Source: Desulfomicrobium sp. (lineage in GTDB: Bacteria > Desulfobacterota > Desulfovibrionia > Desulfovibrionales > Desulfomicrobiaceae). From it: 61,832 bases of DNA. The notes beneath the pieces were generated by a model that saw nothing but the letters and a program-made list of their open reading frames with translations, was not told where the DNA came from and did not search any database. Location: contig JANJWV010000239.1 in the NCBI GenBank assembly GCA_024709365.1, positions 1-61,832 on the forward strand, given 5' to 3'. Below are positions 47,950-56,502 of the stretch, piece by piece. The position numbers and the translations under genes are program-made. Every line of letters starts with the position of its first letter. Positions within the stretch are counted from its first letter, which is position 1.

Positions 47950-47975
47950 GGGGACCTCCGTGGATTGTGCCCTGT

Positions 47976-48021
47976 TCACTAAGGGCCCCAAGTTGTAATT
48001 GCAAGGGATTCGTCCTAAGGA
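47976..48021. promoter_or_regulatory. Overlapping divergent sigma70-like promoters (pyrR and SPFH operon)
   Basis: Minus TTGCAA-17-TAGTGA; plus TTGTAA-17-TAAGGA. Confidence 0.35.
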
Positions 48022-48053
48022 TGCCCGATCGAAACCGCAGCCACGGAGGACGC

Positions 48054-49193
48054 ATGGGCGCGAACAATGTCTTCTTTCTTGAACTCATCGAATGGTTTGA
48101 CGACAGCGGACAGGAAATCGCCCGCCGCTTCCCCCAGGAAGGGTCCGGCGAGATCAAATACGGCGCGCAGATGGTCGTGCGCGAGTCCCAGGCCGGCATC
48201 TTCTTCTACAACGGCAAGGCCGTGCACGTCTTCGGCCCCGGCCGGCACACCCTCAAGACCGCCAACATCCCCATCCTGAACAAGATCATGGGCATCCCCT
48301 GGGGCCTGGAAAGCCCCCTGCGGGCCGAAGCCTACATGATCAACACCAAGGTCTTCCCGAACCTCAAGTGGGGCACGCGGGAGCCCGTGGCCTTCAAGGA
48401 CTCGGAGCTGGGCCTCATCCGCCTGCGGGCCTACGGCATGTTCAACATCCAGGTCGTGCAGCCCCTGCTGTTCATCAACTCCCTGGTGGGCACCATGGCC
48501 TCCTTCTCCGTGGCCGACCTGAGCGAGTACCTCGGCAAGGTCATCGTCTCGCGCTTCAACGACTTCCTCGGCGAGAACATGGACACCATCCTGAACCTGC
48601 CCAGCCGCTACGAGGGATGGTCCGACGGCCTGCGCCAGCGCCTGCAGGATGATTTCCGCCACTTCGGCCTTTCTCTGAACCAGCTCTACATCAACGCCAT
48701 CACGCCGCCGCCCGAAGTCCAGAAGGCCATGGACGACAAGACCAAGCTCGGCATGTTCGAGGACATGAACAAGCTCATGCAGCTCAAGGCCGCCAGCGCC
48801 ATGGAGAAGGCCGCCGCCAACCCCGGCACGGCCGGGGATTCCATGGGCATGGGCGTGGGCTTCATGATGCCGGCCCTCATGGCCCAGGCCATGCAGATGG
48901 CCGGGCAGGCGGCGCAGGCTCCCCAGGCGCCCCAGGCCCCGGGCCTGCAGTGCCCCGAGTGCCGCCAGCCCATCCGCCAGGACGACAGGTTCTGCCCGTC
49001 CTGCGGCCATCAGCTCGTGGTCTTCGAGCAGTGCCGCGGCTGCGGCAAGAACCTCGCGCCGGGCACGCGCTTCTGCCCCCGCTGCGGCCAGCAGGCCGGG
49101 AGCGTCCGCGAGACGGTCAAGTGCCCGTCCTGCGGACAGGAGAACCTGGCCTCGTCCACGTTCTGCAACCACTGCGGTGAGCGCATGGCCTGA
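48054..49193 (+). CDS. SPFH/Band-7 (YdjI-like) protein with C-terminal zinc ribbons
   Basis: VVRESQA, FGPGRHTL.T.NIP, KWGT..P, LRAYG; six CxxC motifs at the C-terminus. Confidence 0.85.
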   Translation: MGANNVFFLELIEWFDDSGQEIARRFPQEGSGEIKYGAQMVVRESQAGIFFYNGKAVHVFGPGRHTLKTANIPILNKIMGIPWGLESPLRAEAYMINTKVFPNLKWGTREPVAFKDSELGLIRLRAYGMFNIQVVQPLLFINSLVGTMASFSVADLSEYLGKVIVSRFNDFLGENMDTILNLPSRYEGWSDGLRQRLQDDFRHFGLSLNQLYINAITPPPEVQKAMDDKTKLGMFEDMNKLMQLKAASAMEKAAANPGTAGDSMGMGVGFMMPALMAQAMQMAGQAAQAPQAPQAPGLQCPECRQPIRQDDRFCPSCGHQLVVFEQCRGCGKNLAPGTRFCPRCGQQAGSVRETVKCPSCGQENLASSTFCNHCGERMA

Positions 49194-49195
49194 GC

Positions 49196-50413
49196 ATGAC
49201 CGAGGCCCTGCTCTCCCATCAATGTCCGCAGTGCGGCGCGCCGGTTGAACTCGACGAAACGGACAGGATCTTCGCCTGTCCGTTCTGTCAGGTCCGCCTC
49301 TTCATCCATTCGGGCGGCCCTTTCCGCTACTTCATGAAGCCGCTCATCGAAAGCCCGGACACCCTCGTCTACGTCCCGTACTGGCGCTTCCGGGGCAACG
49401 CCTTCGTTCTCGACCCGCAGGCCATGCACCACAAGATCCTCGATTCGAGCCTGCTGGCCGTGGACATCCAGGCCCTGCCCCCGTCCCTGGGCCTGCGCAC
49501 CCAGGCCATGAAGCTGTCCTTTGTCGAACCGACCACGCCGGGCCTCTTCCTGCCCCCGACGTTCGACAACGGGGACTTCAAGGCCCGGCTGCTCAAGGCC
49601 GTTCCCGGCCTGGCCGCGTCGTCGGGGCCCAGCCTCACGGCCTGCGTCGGCGACGTCATGTCCCTGATCCACCTGCCGGTCTTCCAGGGCGAGAACCTCG
49701 TGGACGGCCTCACGGGCAAGCTCCTCGGGCCGGCCTGCATCGATGAGGCCCGGCTCGAAAAGGCGGGCAGCCACCTGCGCTTCTCCTCGACGCTGTGCCC
49801 GCAGTGCGGCTGGGACCTGGTCGGCGAGCGCAGCAGTCTGATCCAGACCTGCCCCCACTGCGACACGGCCTGGGAGCCCGGCCCCGAGGGCGGGACGCGC
49901 GTCACGCCGCACTTCCTGCAGACGCCGGAGCAACCGGCCCTGTACCTGCCCTTCTGGAACCTGCGCTTCCGCGCCAAGGGCTTCCGCCTGCAAACCTGGG
50001 CCGACCTGATCCGGCTGACCAACCTGCCGCGGGCCCTGCTACCCTGGATGGAATCCACGGCCTTCTCCTTCCGGGTCCCGGCCTTCAAGATCAGGCCGGA
50101 GCTCTTCCTGAACCTGAGCGCCCAAGTCAGCCTCTACCAGCCCGACGCCCCGGAACTGGAGACGCTGCCGAAGACCCCGCTGCATCCCGTCACGCTGCCG
50201 CAGAAAGAGGCCTTCCAGGCCGTTCCCGTGGTCCTCGGCCGCCTCGCCCCGGCCCGCAAGAACCTCTTCCCCAGAATCCGGGGCGGCTCGCTGCAGCCCC
50301 TGGAGGCGAACATCGAATACCTGCCCTTTGTCGACGCGGGCCATGAGTACATACAGCCGGAGATGAACATGGCCATCCAGAAAAACGCCCTCTTCTGGTC
50401 GGCGACGCTCTAA
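49196..50413 (+). CDS. Zinc-ribbon protein (YdjG-like)
   Basis: CPQCGA..CPFC and CPQCG..CPHC; YVPYW and YLPFW repeats. Confidence 0.7.
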   Translation: MTEALLSHQCPQCGAPVELDETDRIFACPFCQVRLFIHSGGPFRYFMKPLIESPDTLVYVPYWRFRGNAFVLDPQAMHHKILDSSLLAVDIQALPPSLGLRTQAMKLSFVEPTTPGLFLPPTFDNGDFKARLLKAVPGLAASSGPSLTACVGDVMSLIHLPVFQGENLVDGLTGKLLGPACIDEARLEKAGSHLRFSSTLCPQCGWDLVGERSSLIQTCPHCDTAWEPGPEGGTRVTPHFLQTPEQPALYLPFWNLRFRAKGFRLQTWADLIRLTNLPRALLPWMESTAFSFRVPAFKIRPELFLNLSAQVSLYQPDAPELETLPKTPLHPVTLPQKEAFQAVPVVLGRLAPARKNLFPRIRGGSLQPLEANIEYLPFVDAGHEYIQPEMNMAIQKNALFWSATL

Positions 50414-50450
50414 AAAAAAGCGCCCCGGAGCACGACTCCGGAGCGCTTTT
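50412..50450. terminator. Bidirectional intrinsic terminator
   Basis: AAAAGCGC-c-CCGGAG-cacga-CTCCGG-a-GCGCTTTT between convergent genes. Confidence 0.8.
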
Positions 50451-50517
50451 CACGACACGTGAAGGCACGACGCGGCCTCCCGCATTCCCGGGCAACGGCC
50501 GCCGGAAGGACACCCCC

Positions 50518-50934
50518 CTATTTCTCCGTAAAAACGGGCTCCCGGGGAGAGAGGCCCATGATCTTCGAGGCGTTGTGCAGCCGCAGCCGCACATCGTCGA
50601 GATCGTAGGGCCTGGAGACGTAGTCGTCGGCTCCGGCGGTGATGCAGCGCCGGATGGCGCCCACCGCCCCGCGCGGCACGCCGCCCATGACAAAGGCGTC
50701 CCGCAGGGACCCGTCGGAGCGAAGACGGCCGAAAAACTCCTCGCAGTCCAGAAAATCGGCATGCCAGTCGGCCAGGACGATTCGCGGCGCCGCGGCGGCC
50801 TTGAGCGCAGACCAGGCCGCTTCCTCGGACTCGGCCACCGCGCAGTCGAAACCCCAGGTCCGCAGAGCCTTGACCAGCACATTGCGGGACAGGCACGCCT
50901 CCTCGACGATCACGATGATGGGCCCCTTGTTCAC
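50518..50934 (-). CDS. Single-domain response regulator, atypical receiver
   Basis: GTG after GGAGGAG; IVIVEE, IVLADW, AGADDYVSRPY. Confidence 0.8.
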   Translation of the reverse strand: MNKGPIIVIVEEACLSRNVLVKALRTWGFDCAVAESEEAAWSALKAAAAPRIVLADWHADFLDCEEFFGRLRSDGSLRDAFVMGGVPRGAVGAIRRCITAGADDYVSRPYDLDDVRLRLHNASKIMGLSPREPVFTEK

Positions 50935-51012
50935 GCTCTCCTCCTGCAAATCGTGTTCATTTCCTTGCGGCCCGCGGCGTTTGCCGGGCGGGACCGTGTC
51001 ATAGCCAGGGTC

Positions 51013-52185
51013 TTACCCCTTCGACGGCTCCGAGGCCCCCGCCTCGGCAACCTGACCGGCGGCTTCTGAACGTTGGATGACATGCCCGAAGATGTATGTA
51101 CAGATGGGCACGCCCAGGACAAGTCCCCAGATGTGGAAAAGCTTGGCCCCGATGGTCAGGATGAACAGCACGATGACCGGGTTGATGCGCATGTATGAAC
51201 CGTAGATCCTCGGGTTCAGCACATAACCTTCGATGAGGTGGATGATCGTGATCATGACGATGGCCAGGAGCATGGTCGTCAGACCCGATGCCTGCAGGGC
51301 GATGAGGCAGATGGGCACGGAGCTGATGAATACGCCCAGGACGGGAATGAAGCTGCACAGAAAGACGATGACCGTCAGAAAGGCCATGCTCGAACCAAGC
51401 CCCAGCAGGGACACGCCCAGGGCCGTCAGGATGGAGTTCAGCACGGCGATGGCGAACTGCGCCTCCAGGGACTTGCCCAGAACCGTGGCGAAATCGCGTA
51501 TGCTGCCGGCCACCTCCCGGTAGACGAAATCGAGCCTGGATTTTTCCAGGGAGCGGACGCTGACGCTCAGACGCGGCAGATCGAGGACGATGAGGAAGGA
51601 GAAAAGCAGGGCCAGGAGAAAGGCCGAGGCGATGGCGGCGATGCGCCCGCCCACGCCACGCACGAGGTCGAGAAGCTGGTTGACCTTGTTCTGTCCGTCG
51701 GGGTGTTCGGCCAGGTTGAAGACCTGCTGCAGCAGGGCCGCGACCCTGGACTTGCCCATGATCGGCGTGCCGTGCTCCCCGCTTGTCCCCAGTTCCGGAA
51801 TGGCGTTGGCGATGAGCGGATAGCGTTCGCCGAGGGCCCCGAGTTCCTGGTCCAGGCGCTGGACGTACTGCGGCAGCTGCGTGACGAAAAGGACCGTCTG
51901 TTCCTTGGCGCGGGGCACGAGAAAGACGCCCACGGCCACCAGCACGCCGAGAAACAGCGTCGTGACCAGCACCACGCGCGTGGCGCGGTGCGGGATCAGG
52001 TTCTGCAGGTGGTTCACGCCGCGGTTCTGCACGTAGCCGAAGACGAAGGTCAGGAAGAGCAGCAGAAAGAAGGACCGCAGGATGAAGACCACCCCGAAGA
52101 CGCCGCCCCAGACCATGAACCTGATGAGCGTGGGTTTGGCCCTCTCGGAGAGGCTGCACGGGTCGGGACTGCACTGCAAATTCAT
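51013..52185 (-). CDS. AI-2E (UPF0118/PerM) family transporter
   Basis: Multi-TM; SFIPVLG, IEGYVLNPRIYG, INPV, GLVLGVP. Confidence 0.9.
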   Translation of the reverse strand: MNLQCSPDPCSLSERAKPTLIRFMVWGGVFGVVFILRSFFLLLFLTFVFGYVQNRGVNHLQNLIPHRATRVVLVTTLFLGVLVAVGVFLVPRAKEQTVLFVTQLPQYVQRLDQELGALGERYPLIANAIPELGTSGEHGTPIMGKSRVAALLQQVFNLAEHPDGQNKVNQLLDLVRGVGGRIAAIASAFLLALLFSFLIVLDLPRLSVSVRSLEKSRLDFVYREVAGSIRDFATVLGKSLEAQFAIAVLNSILTALGVSLLGLGSSMAFLTVIVFLCSFIPVLGVFISSVPICLIALQASGLTTMLLAIVMITIIHLIEGYVLNPRIYGSYMRINPVIVLFILTIGAKLFHIWGLVLGVPICTYIFGHVIQRSEAAGQVAEAGASEPSKG

Positions 52186-52194
52186 GAAGACACC

Positions 52195-53436
52195 TCAAAG
52201 GAGTATGTGCCGGCCGTCTCCGTCGAGAAACGGCCTGCCGTAAGCTGTGCCGGCCAGGCCCAGAAAGCCGGCCAGCGTCGCGCCGATGTCGGCCAGGGTG
52301 GGGCGCACCCCGATGCTTCCGGATTCAAGCCCCGGAGCAGTGGCCAGAACGGGCACCCGCTCGCGGGTGTGGTCCGTGCCGGCCCAGGTCGGGTCGCAGC
52401 CGTGATCCGCCGTCAGGATGCACAGGTCGCCGGGCGCAAGCCGCCCGAGCAGTTCGGGCAGGCGGGCGTCGAAGGATTCCAGCGCGCGGGCGTACCCGGC
52501 CACATCCCGACGATGGCCGTGAACCGAATCAAAATCAACGAAATTCGTCACCACGATGGTCCTGTTCCCGGCCCCGTCCCAGGCCGCGAGGGTCGCGTCC
52601 ATGAGGCCGTCCTGGCCGTGGGCGCGAATGCTTCGCGTCACGCCGCGATGGGCGAAAATATCCGCGACCTTGCCCACGCTCAAGACCATTCCGCCGGCCC
52701 CGGTCAGCCCGTCGAGGATGGTCGGCGTCGGGGCGGGGATGGAGAAGTCCCGGCGGTTGCCGGTGCGCCTGAACGTCGCCGCATCCTCACCGACAAAGGG
52801 ACGCGCGATGACGCGGGCGATGCGCAACTCGTCGACCAGGGTCCGGGCCGCGGCGCAGACCTCCAGGAGGCGTTCGAGGCCGAAGCGGGTTTCGTGGGCC
52901 GCGATCTGCAGGACCGAGTCCGCCGAGGTGTAGACGATGGGCTTGCCCGTGCGCAGGTGTTCCTCGCCCAGACGGGCCAGAATCTCCGTGCCCGAGGCCT
53001 TGCAGTTGCCGAGCACGCCGGGCAGGCCCGCGCGGGACGAGAGTTCGTCCAGCAGCGCCTGCGGTACGGACTCCTCGGCGGGCTCGAAATAGCCCCAGTC
53101 GAAGAGCACCGGGGCTCCCGTCATCTCGAAATGCCCGCTGGGCGTGTCCTTGCCGCGGCTGATCTCGGTGGCGCAGCCGTATGCGGCCGTGACGGGTCCG
53201 GCCGGGGACAGTCCGTCGGGCATGGCTCCCGTGGCGAGTTCTGCGGCCAGCCCCAGCCCCATGGCGCACAGATTCGGCAGGCGCAAGGGGCCCGAACGGC
53301 CCTCGTCGGCCAGCCCGCGGGCGCAGGCCCGGGCGATGTGCCCCAGCGTGTCGGCCCCCTGGTCGCCGAAGCGGGCTGCGTCGGGCGCCCCGCCCACGCC
53401 CAGGGAATCGAGCACGATCAGGCAGGCGCGTCGCAC
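52195..53436 (-). CDS. deoB: Phosphopentomutase
   Basis: VLDSLGVG, GKDTPSGH, YTSADSV, RVIARPF, NFVDFD..GHRRD, TADHGCDPT..DHTRE. Confidence 0.96.
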   Translation of the reverse strand: MRRACLIVLDSLGVGGAPDAARFGDQGADTLGHIARACARGLADEGRSGPLRLPNLCAMGLGLAAELATGAMPDGLSPAGPVTAAYGCATEISRGKDTPSGHFEMTGAPVLFDWGYFEPAEESVPQALLDELSSRAGLPGVLGNCKASGTEILARLGEEHLRTGKPIVYTSADSVLQIAAHETRFGLERLLEVCAAARTLVDELRIARVIARPFVGEDAATFRRTGNRRDFSIPAPTPTILDGLTGAGGMVLSVGKVADIFAHRGVTRSIRAHGQDGLMDATLAAWDGAGNRTIVVTNFVDFDSVHGHRRDVAGYARALESFDARLPELLGRLAPGDLCILTADHGCDPTWAGTDHTRERVPVLATAPGLESGSIGVRPTLADIGATLAGFLGLAGTAYGRPFLDGDGRHILL

Positions 53437-54182
53437 GCAGCCCCTCCCCCGGCGGCCACGGCCAGCACGTCGTCCAGCAGGCCGCTGGCCCCGAAACGGA
53501 ACGTGCGCGGGCCGACCCAGCCGGAGCCGAGGATGTCCTCGGTCAGCTCAAGGTAAACCATGGCGTCGGCCATCGTGCGCAGGCCGCCCGAGGCCTTGAA
53601 GCCGGCCTCACCGCCTCTCTCGGCGATGGTTTCGAGCATGACCCTTGCCGCCTCGGGCGTGGCGTGCACTGCCGCCTTGCCCGTGGAGGTCTTCAGGAAA
53701 TCCGCGCCGCAGTCCAGGGCCAGTCGGCTCGCCGCCCGGATCACCTCCGGCCGGGCCAGGACCCCGCTCTCCAGGATGACCTTGAGGCGCACGGGGCAGG
53801 CCGCCCGACACGTGGCCAGGAAGTCGCCCACGGCGGTCTCGCGTCCTTCGAGAAAGGCCGCGTAGGGAAAGACGAGGTCGATTTCCGTGGCGCCGAGCCT
53901 CACTGCGGTGCGGATCTCGTCCGCAGCGGCCGCCGGATCAATCCGGCCGGCAGGGAAATTGGCCACCGTGGCCGCCTCGACGCCGGCGAGCCCCATCCGG
54001 TCCAGATTCTCCAGCACGCGCGGCAGATGCTGTGGAAAGACGCACAGGGCGGCCACATGGCCGCACGGCCCGTCGGCCTTGGCGCAAAGCGCATCGATAT
54101 CGGCCCCGCTCTCGGTGCCGGAGAGCGATGTCAGGTCCAACAGGGAGACGATCTGCACGGCCCGCTCATATCTGTCCCGCAT
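53418..54182 (-). CDS. deoC: Deoxyribose-phosphate aldolase
   Basis: LDLTSL, ATVANFP, EIDLVFPY, LKVILE, DFLKTSTGK, GFKASGG, FRFGAS. Confidence 0.95.
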   Translation of the reverse strand: MRDRYERAVQIVSLLDLTSLSGTESGADIDALCAKADGPCGHVAALCVFPQHLPRVLENLDRMGLAGVEAATVANFPAGRIDPAAAADEIRTAVRLGATEIDLVFPYAAFLEGRETAVGDFLATCRAACPVRLKVILESGVLARPEVIRAASRLALDCGADFLKTSTGKAAVHATPEAARVMLETIAERGGEAGFKASGGLRTMADAMVYLELTEDILGSGWVGPRTFRFGASGLLDDVLAVAAGGGAACDAPA

Positions 54183-54372
54183 GCATGCCCTCCCGGGCGT
54201 CAGGTTGATTTCTCAGGTCGGGACGACAAGGCTTCTCATTTCCACCCAAGTCCAGACCGACTCAGACGACAAAAACACGGAGCGCCCTCGGGCGCAAGCC
54301 CCGGGCACATCCCGTGCCGAACGTCCTGTTTTCACTTGTTCCGGGCGTCGCGGTCGGGTATGGTCTCTCCCC

Positions 54373-55122
54373 ATGACCAGACCACGCCTCCACGCCCTGC
54401 TCCTGACCGTCTTCCTGTTCGCCCTGCCCCCCGCGTTCAGCGCCTTGGCCGGGGAGGTGATCACCGTCTCGCCGTATTGGAAAGGTTTTACCGGCCCCGA
54501 CGGCCAGGGGCTCTACCACGAACTGATGCACGCCGTTTTCTCCCGACGCGGGGACACGGTCAGGCACCTGGAGGTGCCGGCCAAGAGAGGGCTGCTCATG
54601 GTGCGCGAAGGCCAGGCCGATATCTACACCTGCCAGACCAAGGCCGAGGACGGGCTCGAACTCGCGCGAGTGCCCATGTACGAAGGGGAGTTCCACGCCC
54701 TGTTCCTGAGCAGGACCTTTCCGCACTGGAGCGGCGTGACGTCCCTTGAGAACAAACGGCTGGTGTGGCGGCTGGGCTACTATTCGCCGGACGATTTTCC
54801 GGTTCCGGTGCAGTTCGACGAAACCATGACCGGCACCGAAGCCCTGAAGCGGGTGGTCCGCGAATCCTCGGATTGCTACATCGACGATTACCATCTGATC
54901 ACGGAAACCGTGAACGCCTACCAGCCGCCCCTCGACGCCATAAACTACCGCATCGAGTCCGTCGGCTTCCGGCAATACGCCCCCGTCTTCGCCACCAGTC
55001 CGCGCGGACGGGAACTGCGAGACGCCTTCGAACAGGGGATGCGCGCCCTGGCGGAACAGGGGAAGCTCCTGCCCATCTACGAAAAGTGGAAGCTGCCCAT
55101 GCCCAGGGCCTACCAGCGCTAG
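54373..55122 (+). CDS. Periplasmic substrate-binding protein (family 3-like), orphan
   Basis: Signal peptide, G.GLY.EL...F, P.KRG...V..GQAD, G.L..IYEKW; TTGTTC-17-TATGGT upstream. Confidence 0.7.
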   Translation: MTRPRLHALLLTVFLFALPPAFSALAGEVITVSPYWKGFTGPDGQGLYHELMHAVFSRRGDTVRHLEVPAKRGLLMVREGQADIYTCQTKAEDGLELARVPMYEGEFHALFLSRTFPHWSGVTSLENKRLVWRLGYYSPDDFPVPVQFDETMTGTEALKRVVRESSDCYIDDYHLITETVNAYQPPLDAINYRIESVGFRQYAPVFATSPRGRELRDAFEQGMRALAEQGKLLPIYEKWKLPMPRAYQR

Positions 55123-55131
55123 GGGCATTCC

Positions 55132-55596
55132 ATGTCCTCGGGAGCCAAAAATCTGGCGGCGCGGTCCATGCTCTTCATGGTCGGAGCGGCCTTCGTCCTC
55201 TACGGCGTCGTCATGCCCATCCTGCCGTACGCAGGAGCACGGGCCGAGGCGGAGATCACCACGGTGCGCCGGGAACTGGGCGACCGCCAGGACCCGTTGG
55301 CCAACCGCTACAGCTGGTCCGTCGGCTACGAGTTCGCCCTGCCCGACGGCACGGTTGTGCACGGGAACACCAAGGTCATCGGTTCATCCTACAGCGCCGG
55401 GATCGCCAAAGGCCCTGCCGTCGCGCACTACCTGCCGGCCCTGCCCTGGGTGAACGCCCTCGAGCGCGACACCCGTCCGGACATGGGCAAGGCCGTCGTG
55501 GTGGCCGCCGGAGCGCTGCTGTGCTTCGTGGCAGTGAAAGGCCCCAGCCTCACCTCGCGCCGGCGCTCACGTTCTCCCCGAGGGTCAGTTCCCTGA
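55132..55596 (+). CDS. Small membrane protein (DUF3592-like)
   Basis: TM, beta-rich region (VGYEF..G..V.G..V.HYLP..P), TM. Confidence 0.6.
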   Translation: MSSGAKNLAARSMLFMVGAAFVLYGVVMPILPYAGARAEAEITTVRRELGDRQDPLANRYSWSVGYEFALPDGTVVHGNTKVIGSSYSAGIAKGPAVAHYLPALPWVNALERDTRPDMGKAVVVAAGALLCFVAVKGPSLTSRRRSRSPRGSVP

Positions 55597-56494
55597 GCCC
55601 GCCCCCGAAACGATCCACCCGCCAGACCCTGAACAGATCCGCCTCGGCGGCCTGCGCATCCCTGTAGCCGATGAAATAGACGCGCTTGCCGTCCATGGAC
55701 CAGACCTGGTCGAAGGCCGTGATGTCAGGCGGGGTGATGCGCATGTTTTTGCCCTTGCCGGTCCAGCGGTCATGGAGGGACAGGGCCGAGTTCGGCTCGC
55801 GCATGACTCGCTCAAACCGCGGCGTACCGGGTGCGCTGTGACCGAAGACCAGCAGGCCGGGGTCCGTCGGGCAGACGGACAGGCGGTGCGCGCTGGTGAC
55901 CCCGCCCGCGAGGCTTCCCATGATCTCCTCCAGGGGCACCCGCTCCTTCAGCTTCCCGTCCGGCCCGATCCAGTAGGCCGCGACCATGTCGTGCGTCACC
56001 AGGGCGCCGTCCGGGCTCGGGGAAAGGGAGCAGAGAAAGCCCGCGCCGCTGTCCCCTTCGGCAAAAAGGATACGCCTCCCCGAACCATCGGAACGCACCG
56101 CCACGATCTGCGTCATGCCCTGCCCGTCGCGGGCCAGGACGGCGACGGTCCTCCCGTCCCCGGACCAGACCGGCGGCGAGTACGCTGCAAGGCCGGCGGT
56201 CAGCCTGCGCTCCCCGCCCGAAACCAGGTCGTAAAGCCAGAGTTCGTCCGCCGAGTCCTGGCCATTGCCGCCGCCGAACCTGAAGAACGCCACGGTACGG
56301 CCGTCTGGACCGACACCCGGCAGGAAACCCGGACAGAGCTCCCGCCTGCCGCCGCCGTCACCGCTGCAAACCCAGACCGACCCCTCGCGGGCGAACGCCA
56401 GCACGTCCCGCTCCGCCCCCGAGCCGCCGCGGGCATCACCCGGCCAGGCCAGCAGGCCTGCACAGGCCAGCCACGAAATGAACAGACTCGCCAT
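55550..56494 (-). CDS. Exported TolB-like (PD40) beta-propeller protein
   Basis: Signal-like N-terminus; GPDGRTVAF, WSGDGRTVA, SPDG, WSMDGKRVYF repeats; start may be 56500 or 56506. Confidence 0.7.
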   Translation of the reverse strand: MASLFISWLACAGLLAWPGDARGGSGAERDVLAFAREGSVWVCSGDGGGRRELCPGFLPGVGPDGRTVAFFRFGGGNGQDSADELWLYDLVSGGERRLTAGLAAYSPPVWSGDGRTVAVLARDGQGMTQIVAVRSDGSGRRILFAEGDSGAGFLCSLSPSPDGALVTHDMVAAYWIGPDGKLKERVPLEEIMGSLAGGVTSAHRLSVCPTDPGLLVFGHSAPGTPRFERVMREPNSALSLHDRWTGKGKNMRITPPDITAFDQVWSMDGKRVYFIGYRDAQAAEADLFRVWRVDRFGGGLRELTLGENVSAGAR

Positions 56495-56502
56495 GCTCAC
56501 GC

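Noticed and set aside
47950-48053. PyrR-binding attenuator upstream of pyrR
   Set aside because: No AGUCCNGUGAGG-like binding loop or terminator/antiterminator seen, and the leader is too short
49191-49198. Other TGA stops as further Sec sites (SPFH end, corC end, radical SAM end, 10868)
   Set aside because: No redox-motif context or convincing in-frame continuation, and the proteins look complete
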